From an uncultured Bacilli bacterium (GTDB lineage: Bacteria; Bacillota_I; Bacilli_A; RF39; UBA660): 52,244 bases of DNA. Of this stretch, positions 27,692 through 38,389 are shown in pieces (positions within the stretch are counted from its first letter, which is position 1; each line of letters opens with the position of its first letter). The stretch covers positions 1-52,244 of the forward strand of contig CALVJD010000027.1 in NCBI GenBank assembly GCA_944332005.1, in the 5' to 3' direction. Under the pieces are notes generated by a model. That model was not told the DNA's origin. It saw nothing but the letters and a program-made list of their open reading frames with translations, and made no database searches. Position numbers and translations under genes: made by a program.

Positions 27692-29138
27692 TTATTTAAG
27701 TAAAAGTATCAAAGAGCTTCATGAACTACTAAAAAGTAAGTCCATCAAACCAATCGATTTAGTAGAAGAAGCATTTGCCAAGATAGAAGAACATGATTAT
27801 CATGCTTTTATTACGTTAAATAAAGAAGAAGCATTGAAAGAGGCTAAAGAGTTAGAAAATCTGGAAGTAGATAATTTATTATTTGGAATTCCGATTGCCA
27901 TTAAGGATAATATTGTGACCAAAAATTTACGTACAACTTGTGCTTCTCATATGTTAGATGATTTTGATCCCATTTATGATGCAACCGTCATAAAGAAAAT
28001 CAAAGAGAGACATATGATTATTATAGGAAAGACTAATATGGATGAATTTGCCATGGGTTCGACAGGGGAGACTAGTTATTTTCCTTATGCAGTTAATCCT
28101 TGGAATGAAACGAAAGTTCCAGGGGGAAGTAGTAGTGGAAGTGCAGCTGCCGTAAGTGGACGTTTAGTTTCTTTAGCACTTGGTAGTGATACAGGTGGTA
28201 GTATTCGTCAGCCTTCTAGTTTTTGTGGATTAGTGGGATTGAAACCAACTTATGGTCGTGTTTCTCGTTATGGTTTAATTGCGTTTGCATCTAGTCTAGA
28301 TCAAATTGGCCCAATGACGCAAAATGTCGAAGATAATGCGATTTTACTAGAAGCAATCAGTGGATCAGATGAGAATGATTTGACAAGTTCTGATACACCT
28401 GTTGGACATTATATTGACGCATTAGGGAAAGACGTTTGTGGCCTTAAAATTGCCGTACCAAATTACTATATGAGTGATACGGTTGATAGAGAAGTCAAAC
28501 ATAAAGTAGAAGAGGTAATTGCTTTACTAGAAAAAGCTGGTTGTGTGATTGACTATATCGATATTCCTTATCTAGAATATGCAATTCCCCTTTATCAAAT
28601 TATTGCATTAGGAGAAGCAAGCTCTAATTTGGCACGTTTTGATGGTATTAAGTTTGGTCATGTGACGGATGAGTTTTCTGATTTAGAAGAATTGTATAAG
28701 AAGAGTCGTGCGGAAGGATTTGGTCGTGAAGTAAAACGTCGTATTATGATTGGGTCTTATGTTTTAAGCGGTGAGAATGCTAATATTTATTATCATAAGG
28801 CTTTGGTACTTCGTAATGAGATGACAAAGGCATTTCGCGAGGTGTTTACAAAATACGATTTAATCATTGGTCCGACGAATACCAATGTCGCTTATGATTT
28901 TGGAGTCAAAAGTGACGACGCTTTGAAGAGTTTCTATGATGATTTACTTACGATACCAGTCAATATGGCTGGTCTTCCAGGAATGAGTTTACCAATTGGT
29001 TTTAATCATGAACATTTACCAATTGGTATGCATATTATCAGCTCTTACTTCATGGAAGAAAAGATTTATACGTTAGCTTCTTATATTGAAAAAGAATTGA
29101 AATTAGATTTAGATCCGAAAGGAGGTAGAACATGTTAG
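27684..29138 (+). CDS. gatA: Asp/Glu-tRNA amidotransferase subunit A
   Basis: Amidase signature (GGSSSGSAAAV...GSDTGGSIRQP). Confidence 0.95.
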   Translation: MTNYLSKSIKELHELLKSKSIKPIDLVEEAFAKIEEHDYHAFITLNKEEALKEAKELENLEVDNLLFGIPIAIKDNIVTKNLRTTCASHMLDDFDPIYDATVIKKIKERHMIIIGKTNMDEFAMGSTGETSYFPYAVNPWNETKVPGGSSSGSAAAVSGRLVSLALGSDTGGSIRQPSSFCGLVGLKPTYGRVSRYGLIAFASSLDQIGPMTQNVEDNAILLEAISGSDENDLTSSDTPVGHYIDALGKDVCGLKIAVPNYYMSDTVDREVKHKVEEVIALLEKAGCVIDYIDIPYLEYAIPLYQIIALGEASSNLARFDGIKFGHVTDEFSDLEELYKKSRAEGFGREVKRRIMIGSYVLSGENANIYYHKALVLRNEMTKAFREVFTKYDLIIGPTNTNVAYDFGVKSDDALKSFYDDLLTIPVNMAGLPGMSLPIGFNHEHLPIGMHIISSYFMEEKIYTLASYIEKELKLDLDPKGGRTC

Positions 29139-30550
29139 TTCCTACAATCGGAGTAGAAGTTCATGTTGAACTAAAAAGTAAGGCAAAAGTTTATTCGCAT
29201 GCCAAAAATGCGTTTAGCAATGAACCTAATACGAATGTGGAAGTCATTGATTTAGGTTATCCTGGAACGCTTCCTAAATTAAATAAAGAAGTGATCAACA
29301 TGGCCTTGAAGGCAGCACTTGCTTGTCATTGCAAGATTAATCAAGTAATGCATTTTGATCGAAAAAATTATTTTTATCCAGATTTGCCAAAAGGTTATCA
29401 GATTACACAACAAGAGACGCCAATTGGTTATGATGGTTATTTAGAGATCGAAGTCGATGGTTATACGAAAAAAATTGGAATTGAACGTATTCATATCGAA
29501 GAAGATACTTGTAAAAGCATTCATAGTTTGAACGGGACTCTTCTTAATTTTAATCGTGCTGGAGTACCGCTTATCGAAATTGTCAGTAAACCAGAAATTG
29601 CAAATGATAAAGAAGCAGTTGCCTATTTGGAAACACTTCGTGAGATTATGCTTTATCTAGGTATTAGTGATGTAAAGATCGAAGAAGGAAGTATGCGATG
29701 TGATGCGAACGTTTCTTTGAAAGAGGAAGAAAGTAATCAATTTGGCACCAAAGTGGAAATTAAAAATATTGGTTCTATCAGTTATGTTGGAACGAGTATC
29801 CGTTATGAGATAAACCGACAAGCAGAAATGTTAAAACGTGGTGAGAAAGTTCATGAAGAAACAAGAAGATTTGACGATAAAACAAATACGACGATATTGA
29901 TGCGCATGAAAGAGACGGGAAACGATTATCGTTATTTTCCAGAACCGGATCTTCCTTATGTGACGATTAGTGATGAATGGATTCAAGAAACGCTTGATTC
30001 TTTACCTGTTTTACCAGCAGCACTAAGAAAATCTTATCGTGAAGCAGGCATCAATGAAAATAATATTAAAACGTTGATTGCTAATATTGATTTATCGATG
30101 TTTTTAGAAAGAATTAAAGAACGTTGTAATCCAGTAGTAGCAGCTAATATTCTTACAGGAGATTTACTCAGTTATTTAAATAAAAATAGTATGACACTTG
30201 ATGACTTGAATTTAAATCCTGATTATTTTACCAGTTTTATCGATTTACTTGCGAGTGGAGAATTATCTAGTAAGCAGGGGAAAGAATTATTACCTGTTTT
30301 CCTAGAGAAAAAAGAGAGTCCAAAGAAATTAGCGAAACTTCTTGGAATGGAACAAATTCAAGATACGGATGCATTACTTCTTATGGTAAAGAAAGTAATC
30401 GAAGCAAATCCTAGTTCGATTGAGGATTATAAAAAAGGACTTGATCGTGCAACGAAATATTTAATGGGTCAGATCATGAAAGAGTCTCGTGGTCAAGCAA
30501 ATCCTCAGATAGTTAGTAAATTATTGGTGGAAGAACTCGAGAAATATTAG
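29132..30550 (+). CDS. gatB: Asp/Glu-tRNA amidotransferase subunit B
   Basis: Full-length GatB (IGVEVHVEL...DRKNYFYPDLPKGYQITQ...). Confidence 0.95.
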   Translation: MLVPTIGVEVHVELKSKAKVYSHAKNAFSNEPNTNVEVIDLGYPGTLPKLNKEVINMALKAALACHCKINQVMHFDRKNYFYPDLPKGYQITQQETPIGYDGYLEIEVDGYTKKIGIERIHIEEDTCKSIHSLNGTLLNFNRAGVPLIEIVSKPEIANDKEAVAYLETLREIMLYLGISDVKIEEGSMRCDANVSLKEEESNQFGTKVEIKNIGSISYVGTSIRYEINRQAEMLKRGEKVHEETRRFDDKTNTTILMRMKETGNDYRYFPEPDLPYVTISDEWIQETLDSLPVLPAALRKSYREAGINENNIKTLIANIDLSMFLERIKERCNPVVAANILTGDLLSYLNKNSMTLDDLNLNPDYFTSFIDLLASGELSSKQGKELLPVFLEKKESPKKLAKLLGMEQIQDTDALLLMVKKVIEANPSSIEDYKKGLDRATKYLMGQIMKESRGQANPQIVSKLLVEELEKY

Positions 30551-30603
30551 TTTGAAAAAAGGCGTAGAATATAGTATAATGAAAATACGATTGGAGTGAC
30601 GTT

Positions 30604-31065
30604 ATGGAATTTGTGAAGAAACATAAATTTTATATCATCGGTGGACTTATCTTCTTAGTGATAATGGGACTAGCTATTTTTGCAATATGTGAATTAGTAC
30701 TTCCTAATGCAGGAGAAAGTGTCTATGGGAATCGTTTAGACGGTATCGATGATGTGAAAGTAAGTGATGATACAATCAAACGGATCGAACAAGAATTAAA
30801 GCAAAATGAGAATGTGAATACAGTTAGCTATCATATGAGTGGACGCATTATGAATTTTATTATTGATGTCAAAAAAGATACGGATTTAATCACAGCAGTC
30901 TCTTATGCCGATAAAACATTAGAATTTTTATCAGATGAAGAGAAAGAATATTATGATATTCAAGTATTTTTAACATGTGATGAAGATGAAGAAAGTGAAT
31001 TTTATCCATATATTGGTTATAAGCATAAAACGAGTGTTGGATTTCAATGGAATTATCATGAATAG
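30604..31065 (+). CDS. hypothetical membrane-anchored protein
   Basis: One N-terminal TM segment. It abuts the downstream sensor gene. Confidence 0.5.
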   Translation: MEFVKKHKFYIIGGLIFLVIMGLAIFAICELVLPNAGESVYGNRLDGIDDVKVSDDTIKRIEQELKQNENVNTVSYHMSGRIMNFIIDVKKDTDLITAVSYADKTLEFLSDEEKEYYDIQVFLTCDEDEESEFYPYIGYKHKTSVGFQWNYHE

Positions 31066-31074
31066 GTGGTAAAA

Positions 31075-33144
31075 ATGAAAAATAAAAAAATATGGATTAC
31101 TCTTTTCGCTATTTTGATTGTTGCGATTGTTTCTTTTGGAGTATATCGTTATTTTACAGGTGAAGATAAAAATACAACTTTGACCATTTTAGAAAAACAA
31201 TGGATCGAAAGTAATAAAAATAAAGTAATCGATTTAGCGATTACCAATAATATTCCTGTATTCAATTATAATGGAGAAGGTGTATTTTTTGATTTCTTAA
31301 CAGCATTAGAAAAAGATACTGGATTAGAATTCAATAAAATATCGTTGAATTATCAGAATGAACCAGCAAGTGAATATGCTTTTCAAATTAAAGAAACAGT
31401 AGAAGAAAACGATATTTTAGTTTATCAAGATACCTTGTCACTCATTACGGCGGAAAAAGTGAAATACAATCGTTTAGATGAAATTCAAAATCTTACGATT
31501 GGTGTTACGAATGCTGATTTAGAAAAAGTGAGTGCTTATTTCAGTGGTTTAGATGTCACGTTTAAAGCTTATGAGACGAGAGCCGAACTTATTTCAGCAT
31601 TGATTGGTACTGAATCGGAGGAAGAAGATTCGATAGAGCGTGAAATCGATGCGATTGTTGTACCACAACTCGTATATTTAAAAGAAGTGGTTGAGAATGC
31701 TGATTTTCATATTGCTTATCAATTAGAAGGATTGAACGAAAATTATGTACTGACGTTAGGAAGTACAGATCGCCTAAATACGATTATTCGAAAATATTAT
31801 CAGAAATGGGCGAGCGATCATTTTGAAAATTCTTTTAATAAGTATTTCTCTAGTCATTATTTTACATATAAACAAGTTGGGGAGAAAGAAAAGGCTGATT
31901 TTAGAAGCAAACGATACGTTTATGGTTTTATCGACAATCGTCCTTACGATACTATTTATAAAAATAAATTAGCTGGTATCAATAGTAATATTCTGAGAGC
32001 TTTCTCAAAATTGGCTGATATTGAAATTAGTTATAATGAGTATAGTAGTATGGAGGCTTTGTTAACAGCTTTTAATGAAAATAAAATTGATTTCTTCTAC
32101 GGAACCAATGCCAATACTACTTATGATATGGATGTTTATGATACAGTATCGACTGATGATGAAGCAGTTGTTATTTTATCGGATGTCGATTATGATTTAG
32201 TAATGAATTCACTTTACTCTTTAAAAGGGAAAGAAGTATTAGCGGTAAAAGGGACAAAAATCGCCGATTATCTACAAGCACAAGATGTTAAAATAACAGA
32301 AGTTGATAGTATCAATAAATTATTAGAAATGAAAACATCTTCTAGTATTATTGCGATTGACGAAGCAACTTATGAATATTACGTTCATGATGAATTAGAA
32401 CGTTTTACGAAAGATTATACGTTTTATTTACCTTCTTCTTATCAATTTATAGTAAGAGATATTAATGCAAATAGCGTGTTTGCTGAATTTTTCGATCTTT
32501 ATTTATCATTTATCAACGAAAGAACATTTACAAGTCCTGCTTATGGAACATTATTAGATTTTCATAATGGAAATAATATTTTTCTTACGATTATTACCAT
32601 TATTCTAGGAGGAACTGTTGGTTTATTTGCCATTTTTGGATTATATAAATATATTCATATGGAGAAGAAGCAAGCTTCTTTAAGTAAAGGTGATAAGATT
32701 AAATATATCGATCAGTTAACTTCTCTTAAAAACCGAAATTATCTCAATGATAATATTGAGGCTTGGGATGAGAGCGAAGTTTATCCACAGTCGATTGTTA
32801 TTGTCGATTTGAATAACGTTGCTTATATTAATGATAATTATGGTCATCAAGAAGGAGACAATGTTATTAAAGAGGCTGCTAATATTTTAATTAAAACCCA
32901 AATTCCAAATAGCGATATTTTGCGTACTAGTGGAAATGAGTTCTTAATTTATTTAGTTGGATATGATGAGAAACAAATTGTTGCTTATATTCGTAAATTA
33001 AATAAAGAAATGAAAGAATTAGCGCATGGATTTGGAGCTGCAGTTGGATATAGCATGATTACAGATGCAATCAAGACAATCGATGATGCTGTTAATGAAG
33101 CAACTCTCGATATGCGTACAGCCAAAGAAGAAAATAATAATTAA
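31075..33144 (+). CDS. membrane sensor with two extracytoplasmic solute-binding-like regions and a C-terminal GGDEF-type domain carrying SGNEF
   Basis: Order of elements: TM, ~480 aa extracytoplasmic region, TM, then LTSLKNRNYL...DLNNVAYINDNYGHQEGD...RTSGNEFLIYL. Confidence 0.75.
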   Translation: MKNKKIWITLFAILIVAIVSFGVYRYFTGEDKNTTLTILEKQWIESNKNKVIDLAITNNIPVFNYNGEGVFFDFLTALEKDTGLEFNKISLNYQNEPASEYAFQIKETVEENDILVYQDTLSLITAEKVKYNRLDEIQNLTIGVTNADLEKVSAYFSGLDVTFKAYETRAELISALIGTESEEEDSIEREIDAIVVPQLVYLKEVVENADFHIAYQLEGLNENYVLTLGSTDRLNTIIRKYYQKWASDHFENSFNKYFSSHYFTYKQVGEKEKADFRSKRYVYGFIDNRPYDTIYKNKLAGINSNILRAFSKLADIEISYNEYSSMEALLTAFNENKIDFFYGTNANTTYDMDVYDTVSTDDEAVVILSDVDYDLVMNSLYSLKGKEVLAVKGTKIADYLQAQDVKITEVDSINKLLEMKTSSSIIAIDEATYEYYVHDELERFTKDYTFYLPSSYQFIVRDINANSVFAEFFDLYLSFINERTFTSPAYGTLLDFHNGNNIFLTIITIILGGTVGLFAIFGLYKYIHMEKKQASLSKGDKIKYIDQLTSLKNRNYLNDNIEAWDESEVYPQSIVIVDLNNVAYINDNYGHQEGDNVIKEAANILIKTQIPNSDILRTSGNEFLIYLVGYDEKQIVAYIRKLNKEMKELAHGFGAAVGYSMITDAIKTIDDAVNEATLDMRTAKEENNN

Positions 33145-33167
33145 GCAAAGATTTTCTTTGCTTTTTT
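33144..33167 (+). terminator. intrinsic terminator
   Basis: AGCAAAG / CTTTGCT stem followed by T5. Confidence 0.7.
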
Positions 33168-33182
33168 GAAAGGAAGAATGCC

Positions 33183-34052
33183 ATGGAAAGAATGAAACAA
33201 ATCATCAAACGTCTATTAGATATTATCGGTAAACCAGTTATGCGTATTTTGCCTGGCCAACTTGCTTTCTTTTTAGTTCTTTCTATTATCCCAATTATTA
33301 CGTTAATTGGTTATATTGCGTCTTTATTTTCCATTTCTATCGAATCATTGATCAGTTTTATGAACCAAGCATTACCTGCCGAAGTTACGGAAATTTTACT
33401 TCCTTTTATCAGTGGACAAGGATTAGATGCAAATGTTCTCATATTTATGATAACGGGTTTTATTTTAGCTTCAAATGGACCACATTCTATCATTATTGCA
33501 TCAAACACGCTTTATGATATTCCTAATGATTCTTATTTAAAAAGTCGTATAAAAGCCTTTTTTATGGCAATGCTATTAATATCTTTATTCTTTACTTCGT
33601 TAATTGTATTAGGTTTTGGTAATACGATCTTAGCGTGGTTATTAAAGTGGGATGTTCTTAGTTTTCTAACAAAAGAAGTTTATTTAGTTTTTGTTTTATT
33701 GAAATGGCCGATTGCTTTTATCGTTATTTTCTATGTGATTAAAGTAATTTATACAATAGCTCCTGATACACGAATTCCAAGTCGTTATATGAATCGTGGC
33801 GCTTTTTTAACGACGCTTGGTTTTGTTTTAGTAACTGCTATTTATTCTTATTATGTATCTAATTTTGCAAACTATGACTTATTTTATGGTAGTATGTCCA
33901 ATATTATTATCATGATGATGTGGATTTATATTCTATCGTATATATTAGTTTTGGGAATTGCTGTAAATGCAACTTATTATCAAAAAGTAAAAGGGGTAAA
34001 ACTTCCAGAAACTACCTCACATAACCAAAATAAAAAAACGAATAATAAGTAA
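33183..34052 (+). CDS. YihY/BrkB-family membrane protein
   Basis: Polytopic membrane protein of typical length, with LPGQLAFFLVLSIIP at the N-terminus. Confidence 0.7.
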   Translation: MERMKQIIKRLLDIIGKPVMRILPGQLAFFLVLSIIPIITLIGYIASLFSISIESLISFMNQALPAEVTEILLPFISGQGLDANVLIFMITGFILASNGPHSIIIASNTLYDIPNDSYLKSRIKAFFMAMLLISLFFTSLIVLGFGNTILAWLLKWDVLSFLTKEVYLVFVLLKWPIAFIVIFYVIKVIYTIAPDTRIPSRYMNRGAFLTTLGFVLVTAIYSYYVSNFANYDLFYGSMSNIIIMMMWIYILSYILVLGIAVNATYYQKVKGVKLPETTSHNQNKKTNNK

Positions 34053-34198
34053 TGAGTACATAAGATTACCAGTATGTACTTGTGCAGACTACACATTTTA
34101 GTACCAAATAGTTTAACTGTGAACGAATAAGTATTAGTAAAAAAATGGTAATGACAATATCTCCTTTGGAAATTTAGAAAAGCTATGATGAAAATAGT

Positions 34199-34222
34199 AA
34201 AACGGTGTGAAGCCGTTTTTTT
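34199..34222 (+). terminator. intrinsic terminator about 150 nt downstream of yihY
   Basis: AAAACGG / CCGTTTT stem followed by a T-run. Confidence 0.6.
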
Positions 34223-34413
34223 GTTTTCTATTCATTCATTGTTATTGCTATTGGATGAACTACTAAAATGAAAAAATAATGATAATGATGATCTAGTCAT
34301 GCAACTTATTGTATAGGAATGGTGATGAAATAAAGAATGGAACATAGGCTAAGTATTTCTTTTTTTAGTTTCTTTTGTTATAATGGAAAGGAATAGAACG
34401 GAATGGGATTATT

Positions 34414-35397
34414 ATGTTCACAAACAATATTTATAAAAAGATTTATCGAAAGATTAAGAAATATGATACAATTGTGATTGCTCGTCATGTTGGTCCGGAT
34501 CCTGATGCTTTGGCTAGTTCCATTGCCTTACGTGATATTATTTTAAATACATTTCCAAATAAAAAAGTATATGCGGTTGGGTTTCCTGTTTCTAAGTTTA
34601 AATATTTGGGAATGCTAGACAAGTTTGAAGAAGGAATGTATCAAGATGCTTTATTGATTGTTACCGATACGCCTGATAAAAAGAGGGTAGATGGGGTAGA
34701 TCCTGATAAGTTTAAAGAGGCCATTAAGATTGATCATCATCCGTTTATCGAAAATTTTTGTGATTTGGAATGGATTGATGAAGAAGCTAGTAGTGCTTCT
34801 CAAATGGTGATTGAACTGGTTTTTCGTACGAAGTTAGTAATGACTAAGGAAGCAGCTGAAAAGTTGTATATTGGAATTGTTGCTGATACGAATCGTTTTA
34901 TGTTTTATTATACGACTCCGAAAACATTTCGTTTAGTATCAAAGTTGATTCAAAGAACGAATATTAATTTTACAAATCTTTACGAATCGCTTTACATGCG
35001 TTCTATCAGAGATATTAAATTTCAGGGATACATTGCCAATCATTTTGAAATAACGGAGAATGGGCTTGCCTATTTACGTATTGATGCAAAAGTTTTAGAA
35101 GAATATGGTATCGATGCTTCTGCTGCTCGTAATATGGTAAGTGAATTTAACTATATTGAAGAAGTTCTCGTTTGGTGTATTTTTACGGTTGATAAAAATG
35201 GGGAGTTAATCCGTGGTTCCATTCGTTCTAGAGGACCTGTGATCAATGAAGTAGCGACACATTTTAATGGTGGTGGTCATATTTATGCGAGTGGTGCGAG
35301 AGTGGAAACGGAAGAAGCTTGGAATGCGTTGATTCAGGAATTAGATGAGGTATGTAAGGAATATAAAGAAAAATTAAAAAATAAAAAGGAATCTTAG
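34414..35397 (+). CDS. nrnA: DHH/DHHA1 phosphoesterase, NrnA-type oligoribonuclease / pAp phosphatase
   Basis: ARHVGPDPDALAS, DHH and GGGH motifs. Confidence 0.85.
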   Translation: MFTNNIYKKIYRKIKKYDTIVIARHVGPDPDALASSIALRDIILNTFPNKKVYAVGFPVSKFKYLGMLDKFEEGMYQDALLIVTDTPDKKRVDGVDPDKFKEAIKIDHHPFIENFCDLEWIDEEASSASQMVIELVFRTKLVMTKEAAEKLYIGIVADTNRFMFYYTTPKTFRLVSKLIQRTNINFTNLYESLYMRSIRDIKFQGYIANHFEITENGLAYLRIDAKVLEEYGIDASAARNMVSEFNYIEEVLVWCIFTVDKNGELIRGSIRSRGPVINEVATHFNGGGHIYASGARVETEEAWNALIQELDEVCKEYKEKLKNKKES

Positions 35398-35408
35398 GAT
35401 TCCTTTTT
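35383..35408. terminator. bidirectional hairpin spanning the stop codons of two convergent genes
   Basis: 11-bp stem AAAAAGGAATC / GATTCCTTTTT with a 4-nt loop. Confidence 0.7.
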
Positions 35409-36392
35409 AAGTGCTGAATTATTTTTCCATGCTTTTTGGTATTCTGGTTTGTAACCATATAAAATATGATCATTTTTTGTTTGAATGATTTCTACTATTT
35501 TATCGTATTCTTCTTGTTTGGCACGAATATTCATACTCGTTCCGTCGTTAAAGCATATAATCAAGAAACGATTTACTTCTCTTCCATATTGCTTGATAAT
35601 ACGGTTATAGATCCATACGATATTGTCGATTTGATTCGCTTTTAAAAGAAAAGTTGTCTTTTGAATCACATAGTGTTCGGTAAGCGTGAGCGAATTTTTT
35701 TGATATTCTTTTTCTTTATGTAAATATTCATCTTCCATTTTCTTGATTGTTTCTTCTCTTTGAGAATCTTTTTTACCATATATTTGTTTCATGTCTGGTT
35801 TGATAAAACGATAGAAATGGTAAATAGCAAAACAACAAACAACAATGAATGGAATAATAAAGAGAAGAATATTGAGGGTAATGTCACTTTTCTTTCCATT
35901 GTAAGCATTTAATTGATAAGGAAGAAACATTTCTAAGATTTCTTCTTCGGTCGCATCATCTTTAAATTCTTCTAAATATTGTTGTTGAATTTTTTGGTAA
36001 CCGTCGATCATTGCTTCATCTTGAAATACTTCTAGGGTACCATGAACCGTTGTTTTGTCACCACTGAATAGATCTTCTTCGTAGCTGATTGGTACGACAG
36101 CAATTAAGCTATATCCATCTAGATCGATATCGACGAATAGACCTGTTTCTTTTTCGTTGATCGTGTAAGCATAATTGGTTTGATAGATAGTATCGAAGTT
36201 CACTTCTACATATTTATTTTCCCCTTGACAACGAGCAACATCTTGGACACTATCAATTACACATTCTGGCTTGAAGTAATCAGAAACATCTTGACTCCAT
36301 AAAGCAATTCCAATTAGAACTGCAAGTCCTAAATAAAGCAAGCACTTTTTTAGGGCAATCATTTTTAAACTCTCTTTAAAACTTTTCATCAT
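35394..36392 (-). CDS. hypothetical two-TM membrane protein
   Basis: 332-aa ORF with an N-terminal TM segment and a central TM segment. No family recognised. Confidence 0.55.
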   Translation of the reverse strand: MMKSFKESLKMIALKKCLLYLGLAVLIGIALWSQDVSDYFKPECVIDSVQDVARCQGENKYVEVNFDTIYQTNYAYTINEKETGLFVDIDLDGYSLIAVVPISYEEDLFSGDKTTVHGTLEVFQDEAMIDGYQKIQQQYLEEFKDDATEEEILEMFLPYQLNAYNGKKSDITLNILLFIIPFIVVCCFAIYHFYRFIKPDMKQIYGKKDSQREETIKKMEDEYLHKEKEYQKNSLTLTEHYVIQKTTFLLKANQIDNIVWIYNRIIKQYGREVNRFLIICFNDGTSMNIRAKQEEYDKIVEIIQTKNDHILYGYKPEYQKAWKNNSALKKES

Positions 36393-36498
36393 TTCACCTA
36401 TTATTATTATATAACATTTGATTCATAAATGCTAATATTCTTGTCAAAAATAGGGAAATATGGTAAATTAATAATAAAGAAGATAGAGGTTCGATAAA

Positions 36499-37986
36499 AT
36501 GAAGAGAAAAGGATTTACATTGGTTGAAGTGTTAGCAGTGATCATCGTGTTAGGAATTTTAGCTCTTATTGCCTCACCGATTATTAGTGGTATTATTCGT
36601 CAATCACGTGAGAAAAGTTATGATCAACAGTTGAGTGAGATCTATGATGCAGCAGAGATTTATTTGATGGAACATGGAATGACAATTGATACTGATGAAA
36701 AAAGATATGTATCGATCTACGAATTAGCTAGTTTAGGATATTTGGATACGATTCCGAATGATGTTTTAAATGGTGGAAAAATGGATGGTATCGTAGAAGC
36801 AACGGGAACAGCCACCAATAATACGTATCGTTATTTAAAGTCAAGTGAAGTTAGTGGGGATAGTGGACAAATTATTGCTGTTGATTCTGATCGAACGATT
36901 TCTAGTATTGTCGTCGATGGAAAGAGTGTTTATGCAGATGATAATAATTTTGAAGCTTTAGCTAGTAAAGTAGTAGAAACAAGAGAAGAAGCAGAGTTTG
37001 TGACTTTGGAAAATAGCGAAGCTTTAGTAGTAGATTCGGCTTCTATTTATAGGACGAATCAGGAATGGTTTCGTTATGCTTTTAAAGAAAAAACAGCCTA
37101 TACTTTTTCGATTGATAGTCGAGCCATAGCGGCTACTTCGATGGATTCTCAATATTATCCTTTGATGCGTTTTGTCTATACTGATGGTACTTATTCGCAA
37201 TATAATCAAATTGGTAAGCATAGTGATACCAAGTTTACGACTTATCAGTATACAAGTGATGCTAATAAAACTTTGAAGCCACTTGAATTTTCTTACAATG
37301 GAGTATCTCCTTATAAGTATGCATTTAAGATTAGTTCGTTTTCTTTGACACCGAGAGAAGAACCAGTCCCTGATTTTCCAAAAACAATAAACAATATTGG
37401 GGATAATGCTATACTAAGATTAAAGATTGTAGCACAAGATGGAACGGTTGTTACTCGCATGATTAATTTAGCGGAGCCGCTTCGTAGTATCGAAGGGACT
37501 GATATTCGAGACCATATTCAAATTAGTAGTAATGGTACGGTAGAAGTAGTAAGAAATGTTGGCGTAGCAATTCTAGATGGTAGTCAAGCTGGATCGATTT
37601 ATGGTAATTCAACCAGTGCGAATGGTGAATTACATACCATTGTGTATCCTTTGTTTGGTGAAAATCGAATCGATGGCACTTATGATGTTATGACTTCCAT
37701 TTTGAAATATACCAAATCTACTTGGGATGCAGCCATAGAAACAGCAGGAATATCAGCTATGCCAACGGCTGGTAGTTCTCAATATGTTTATTTACGAGTA
37801 CCAACACAGTTATTTCCGAATGTAGATAGTCTCTCTTCATGGTTGAGTGAAAATCCAACTGAAGTTTATTATCAATTAAAAACGCCGGCAACAGAAACGT
37901 TAGCTAGTATTTCCGTTGATATGAGTAATGTGAAATATATTTACGTAGATAGTAATTTGTTACCAAATATTACGGTTCATTATTAA
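36499..37986 (+). CDS. large prepilin-type N-terminal cleavage/methylation domain protein (495 aa)
   Basis: MKRKG/FTLVEVLAVIIVLGILALIASP class III signal with Glu at +5, followed by ~460 aa with no recognisable family. Confidence 0.7.
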   Translation: MKRKGFTLVEVLAVIIVLGILALIASPIISGIIRQSREKSYDQQLSEIYDAAEIYLMEHGMTIDTDEKRYVSIYELASLGYLDTIPNDVLNGGKMDGIVEATGTATNNTYRYLKSSEVSGDSGQIIAVDSDRTISSIVVDGKSVYADDNNFEALASKVVETREEAEFVTLENSEALVVDSASIYRTNQEWFRYAFKEKTAYTFSIDSRAIAATSMDSQYYPLMRFVYTDGTYSQYNQIGKHSDTKFTTYQYTSDANKTLKPLEFSYNGVSPYKYAFKISSFSLTPREEPVPDFPKTINNIGDNAILRLKIVAQDGTVVTRMINLAEPLRSIEGTDIRDHIQISSNGTVEVVRNVGVAILDGSQAGSIYGNSTSANGELHTIVYPLFGENRIDGTYDVMTSILKYTKSTWDAAIETAGISAMPTAGSSQYVYLRVPTQLFPNVDSLSSWLSENPTEVYYQLKTPATETLASISVDMSNVKYIYVDSNLLPNITVHY

Positions 37987-37987
37987 G

Positions 37988-38011
37988 AAAACATGCTATG
38001 GCATGTTTTTT
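37988..38011. terminator. bidirectional terminator
   Basis: AAAACATGC / GCATGTTTT stem. Confidence 0.7.
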
Positions 38012-38357
38012 ATGTTTCTGGATTAAATGATTGAACGAGTTCGTTATCGCTATTATAAGTTACGTAAAGAGCTAGTAAATCGGGAATGATGGAAATCCAT
38101 GAATTGAAAAGTTGAATTTTTAAGTTTTGGTTATATGCGTCTAATTGTTTTGCTATTTGAACACCTTGATAAGTGTTCCACAAGAAACCTAAAGTGATCA
38201 ATACGGAGATGAGACGGATGATACGGAGAATTTCTTCTACTTCTTGGTCGCTGAAGAGTCCTTCTTTTTCATCGAATTTTAAATAGGCATCGTAGAGTAC
38301 TAATAAAGATATGATGGTGACAAAAATGAAGAGAATGGTCAAAACGATTTGGATCAA
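38010..38357 (-). CDS. hypothetical membrane protein
   Basis: 115-aa ORF with TM segments. It has a TTG start and no clear RBS. Confidence 0.4.
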   Translation of the reverse strand: MIQIVLTILFIFVTIISLLVLYDAYLKFDEKEGLFSDQEVEEILRIIRLISVLITLGFLWNTYQGVQIAKQLDAYNQNLKIQLFNSWISIIPDLLALYVTYNSDNELVQSFNPET

Positions 38358-38389
38358 GAAAAGAAAGTCGATTTCTTCATGATAGTCAT

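Noticed and set aside
34055-34222. Independent small RNA between yihY and nrnA (8-bp hairpin at 34055-34080 plus the terminator at 34199-34222)
   Set aside because: No convincing promoter lies between the two hairpins. A long 3' UTR of yihY is the more economical reading.
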